A stretch of 64,000 nucleotides of DNA from Macrostomum lignano. Lineage: Eukaryota. The stretch's first letter is position 1, and each line of letters begins with the position of its first letter. Below are positions 62,830 to 64,000 of this stretch, piece after piece. The notes below the pieces were generated by a model. The model worked only from the letters and a program-made list of their open reading frames with translations, made no database searches and was not told the origin of the DNA. The stretch is from assembly GCA_002269645.1 (NCBI GenBank), contig NIVC01003423.1, positions 34,492-98,491 on the forward strand, written 5' to 3'. The translations under genes and the position numbers were made by a program.

Positions 62830-62901
62830 GGTACTGCGACGTAGATAAACTCAGGGTTCTGCATTGGCACAACGGCTATGTGAGTGAAGTTACTGTGTTC
62901 T
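62830..62901 (-). CDS. SEMA5: Semaphorin-5 most 5' exon found
   Basis: tgttcag|...|gtgagt; NFTHIAVV...FIYVAV; phase 2/2. Confidence 0.65.
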
Positions 62902-63479
62902 CTGAACAGAAACGGTTTTGCCAAGCGAGCTTCAATCAGGCCTGAAATTTAATTGAGACAGGTTAGGGACAGTTTAATTGATTTCTTTGGAAAAGTCACC
63001 GTTGTATCAGTGTTTGAGAGCTGAGTGCTTATTTGACTTAAGACATCCTACAAGTTTGTTGAATGATATATATTTTAAGCTAAGGTAGAAAGGTAAAGTA
63101 CTGTGTTCTCTAAGCGTTGCATCATTACCGAGATTCCGATCTTGGGACGAGAAAATTCCATCTAGAAAAGTACATCAGCGAGACAGGGAAACGGTAGTTC
63201 CAACGAACTAAATTGGTCTAATGTGAAAACACATACTACAGCATCATTTGATCATTGTAATAGGAGAAGTTAAGAAATAAAGAAATCATCCATTGTCAGA
63301 GTTTAAGAATCTAGATTTTTCTTTCTTAACGGTCCTTGAGAATTGATTTATACGGAATAGAACAGAAGCTGGCGATAAATCACTTGAAATATCCAGATAG
63401 ATCATTGGATCTCAAACACAAAATAGTCACGTGGAATAGGATAACTAACAAACAGAAATCAAATACATGGGATATGACA

Positions 63480-64000
63480 CAGGGAGTTATTAATAGGAAT
63501 AGAACATACGGAGTAGAACACACGGAGTAGAACCACAAGGAGTGGAACCACAAACCACAAGGAAGAGAACCACAAACCACAAGGAAGAGAACCACAAGGA
63601 GTGGAAGCACAAGGAGTGGAAGCACAAGGAGTAGAACCACAAGGAGTGGAACCACAAGGAGTAGAATCACAAGGAGTGGAACCACAAGGAGTGGAACCAC
63701 AAGGAGTGGAACCACAAGGAGTAGAACTACAAGGAGTGGAACCACAAACCACAAGGAGTGGAACCACAAGGAGTGGAACCACAAACCACAAGGAGTGGAA
63801 CCACGAGGAGTGGAACCACAAGGAGTGGAACCACAAACCACAAGGAGTGGAACCACGAGGAGTGGAACCACAAGGAGTGGAACCACAAGGAGTGGAACCA
63901 CAAGGAGTGGACACCAAACCACAAGGAGTAGAACCACAAAGAGTGGAACCACAAACCACAAGGAGTGGAACCACGAGGAGTGGAACCACAAGGAGTGGAA
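63480..64000. repeat. 15-bp minisatellite (AACCACAAGGAGTGG) with 7-bp AACCACA inserts
   Basis: Runs to the end of the window. Confidence 0.95.

Overview
Metazoan genomic DNA: GT-AG intron-rich genes, CpG-rich exons, AT-rich transposon interiors and minisatellite-packed introns. The style resembles the flatworm Macrostomum, but that is only an impression. No prokaryotic features, rRNA/tRNA genes or CRISPR arrays were seen. Two host genes can be spliced by hand on the minus strand with consistent phases: an MTUS1/MTUS2/CCDC69-family coiled-coil microtubule scaffold (10 exons, 11922->3572, 5' end not found) and a class-5 semaphorin (11 exons, 62901->44036, signal-peptide exon not found). Mobile DNA includes: the 5' end of a Ty3/Gypsy LTR element (LTR, iMet PBS, gag, -1 frameshift signal, protease); two inverted copies of a satellite-carrying element (15.8-21.8 kb and 27.7-36.2 kb), the second interrupted by a 4.6-kb hAT with perfect 8-bp TSD; a decayed LINE RNase H fragment; several TIR elements/MITEs; and an 8.8-kb TIR-bounded insertion holding about 24 copies of a 238-bp satellite. 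The most notable signals are (i) CpG->CpA/TpG/TpA (RIP-like) erosion inside transposons, (ii) the 20-kb inverted, foldback-like arrangement, (iii) an intronic array of about 60 decoy 5' splice sites, and (iv) unclassified TIR elements. Coordinates were read by hand; repeat boundaries are approximate.
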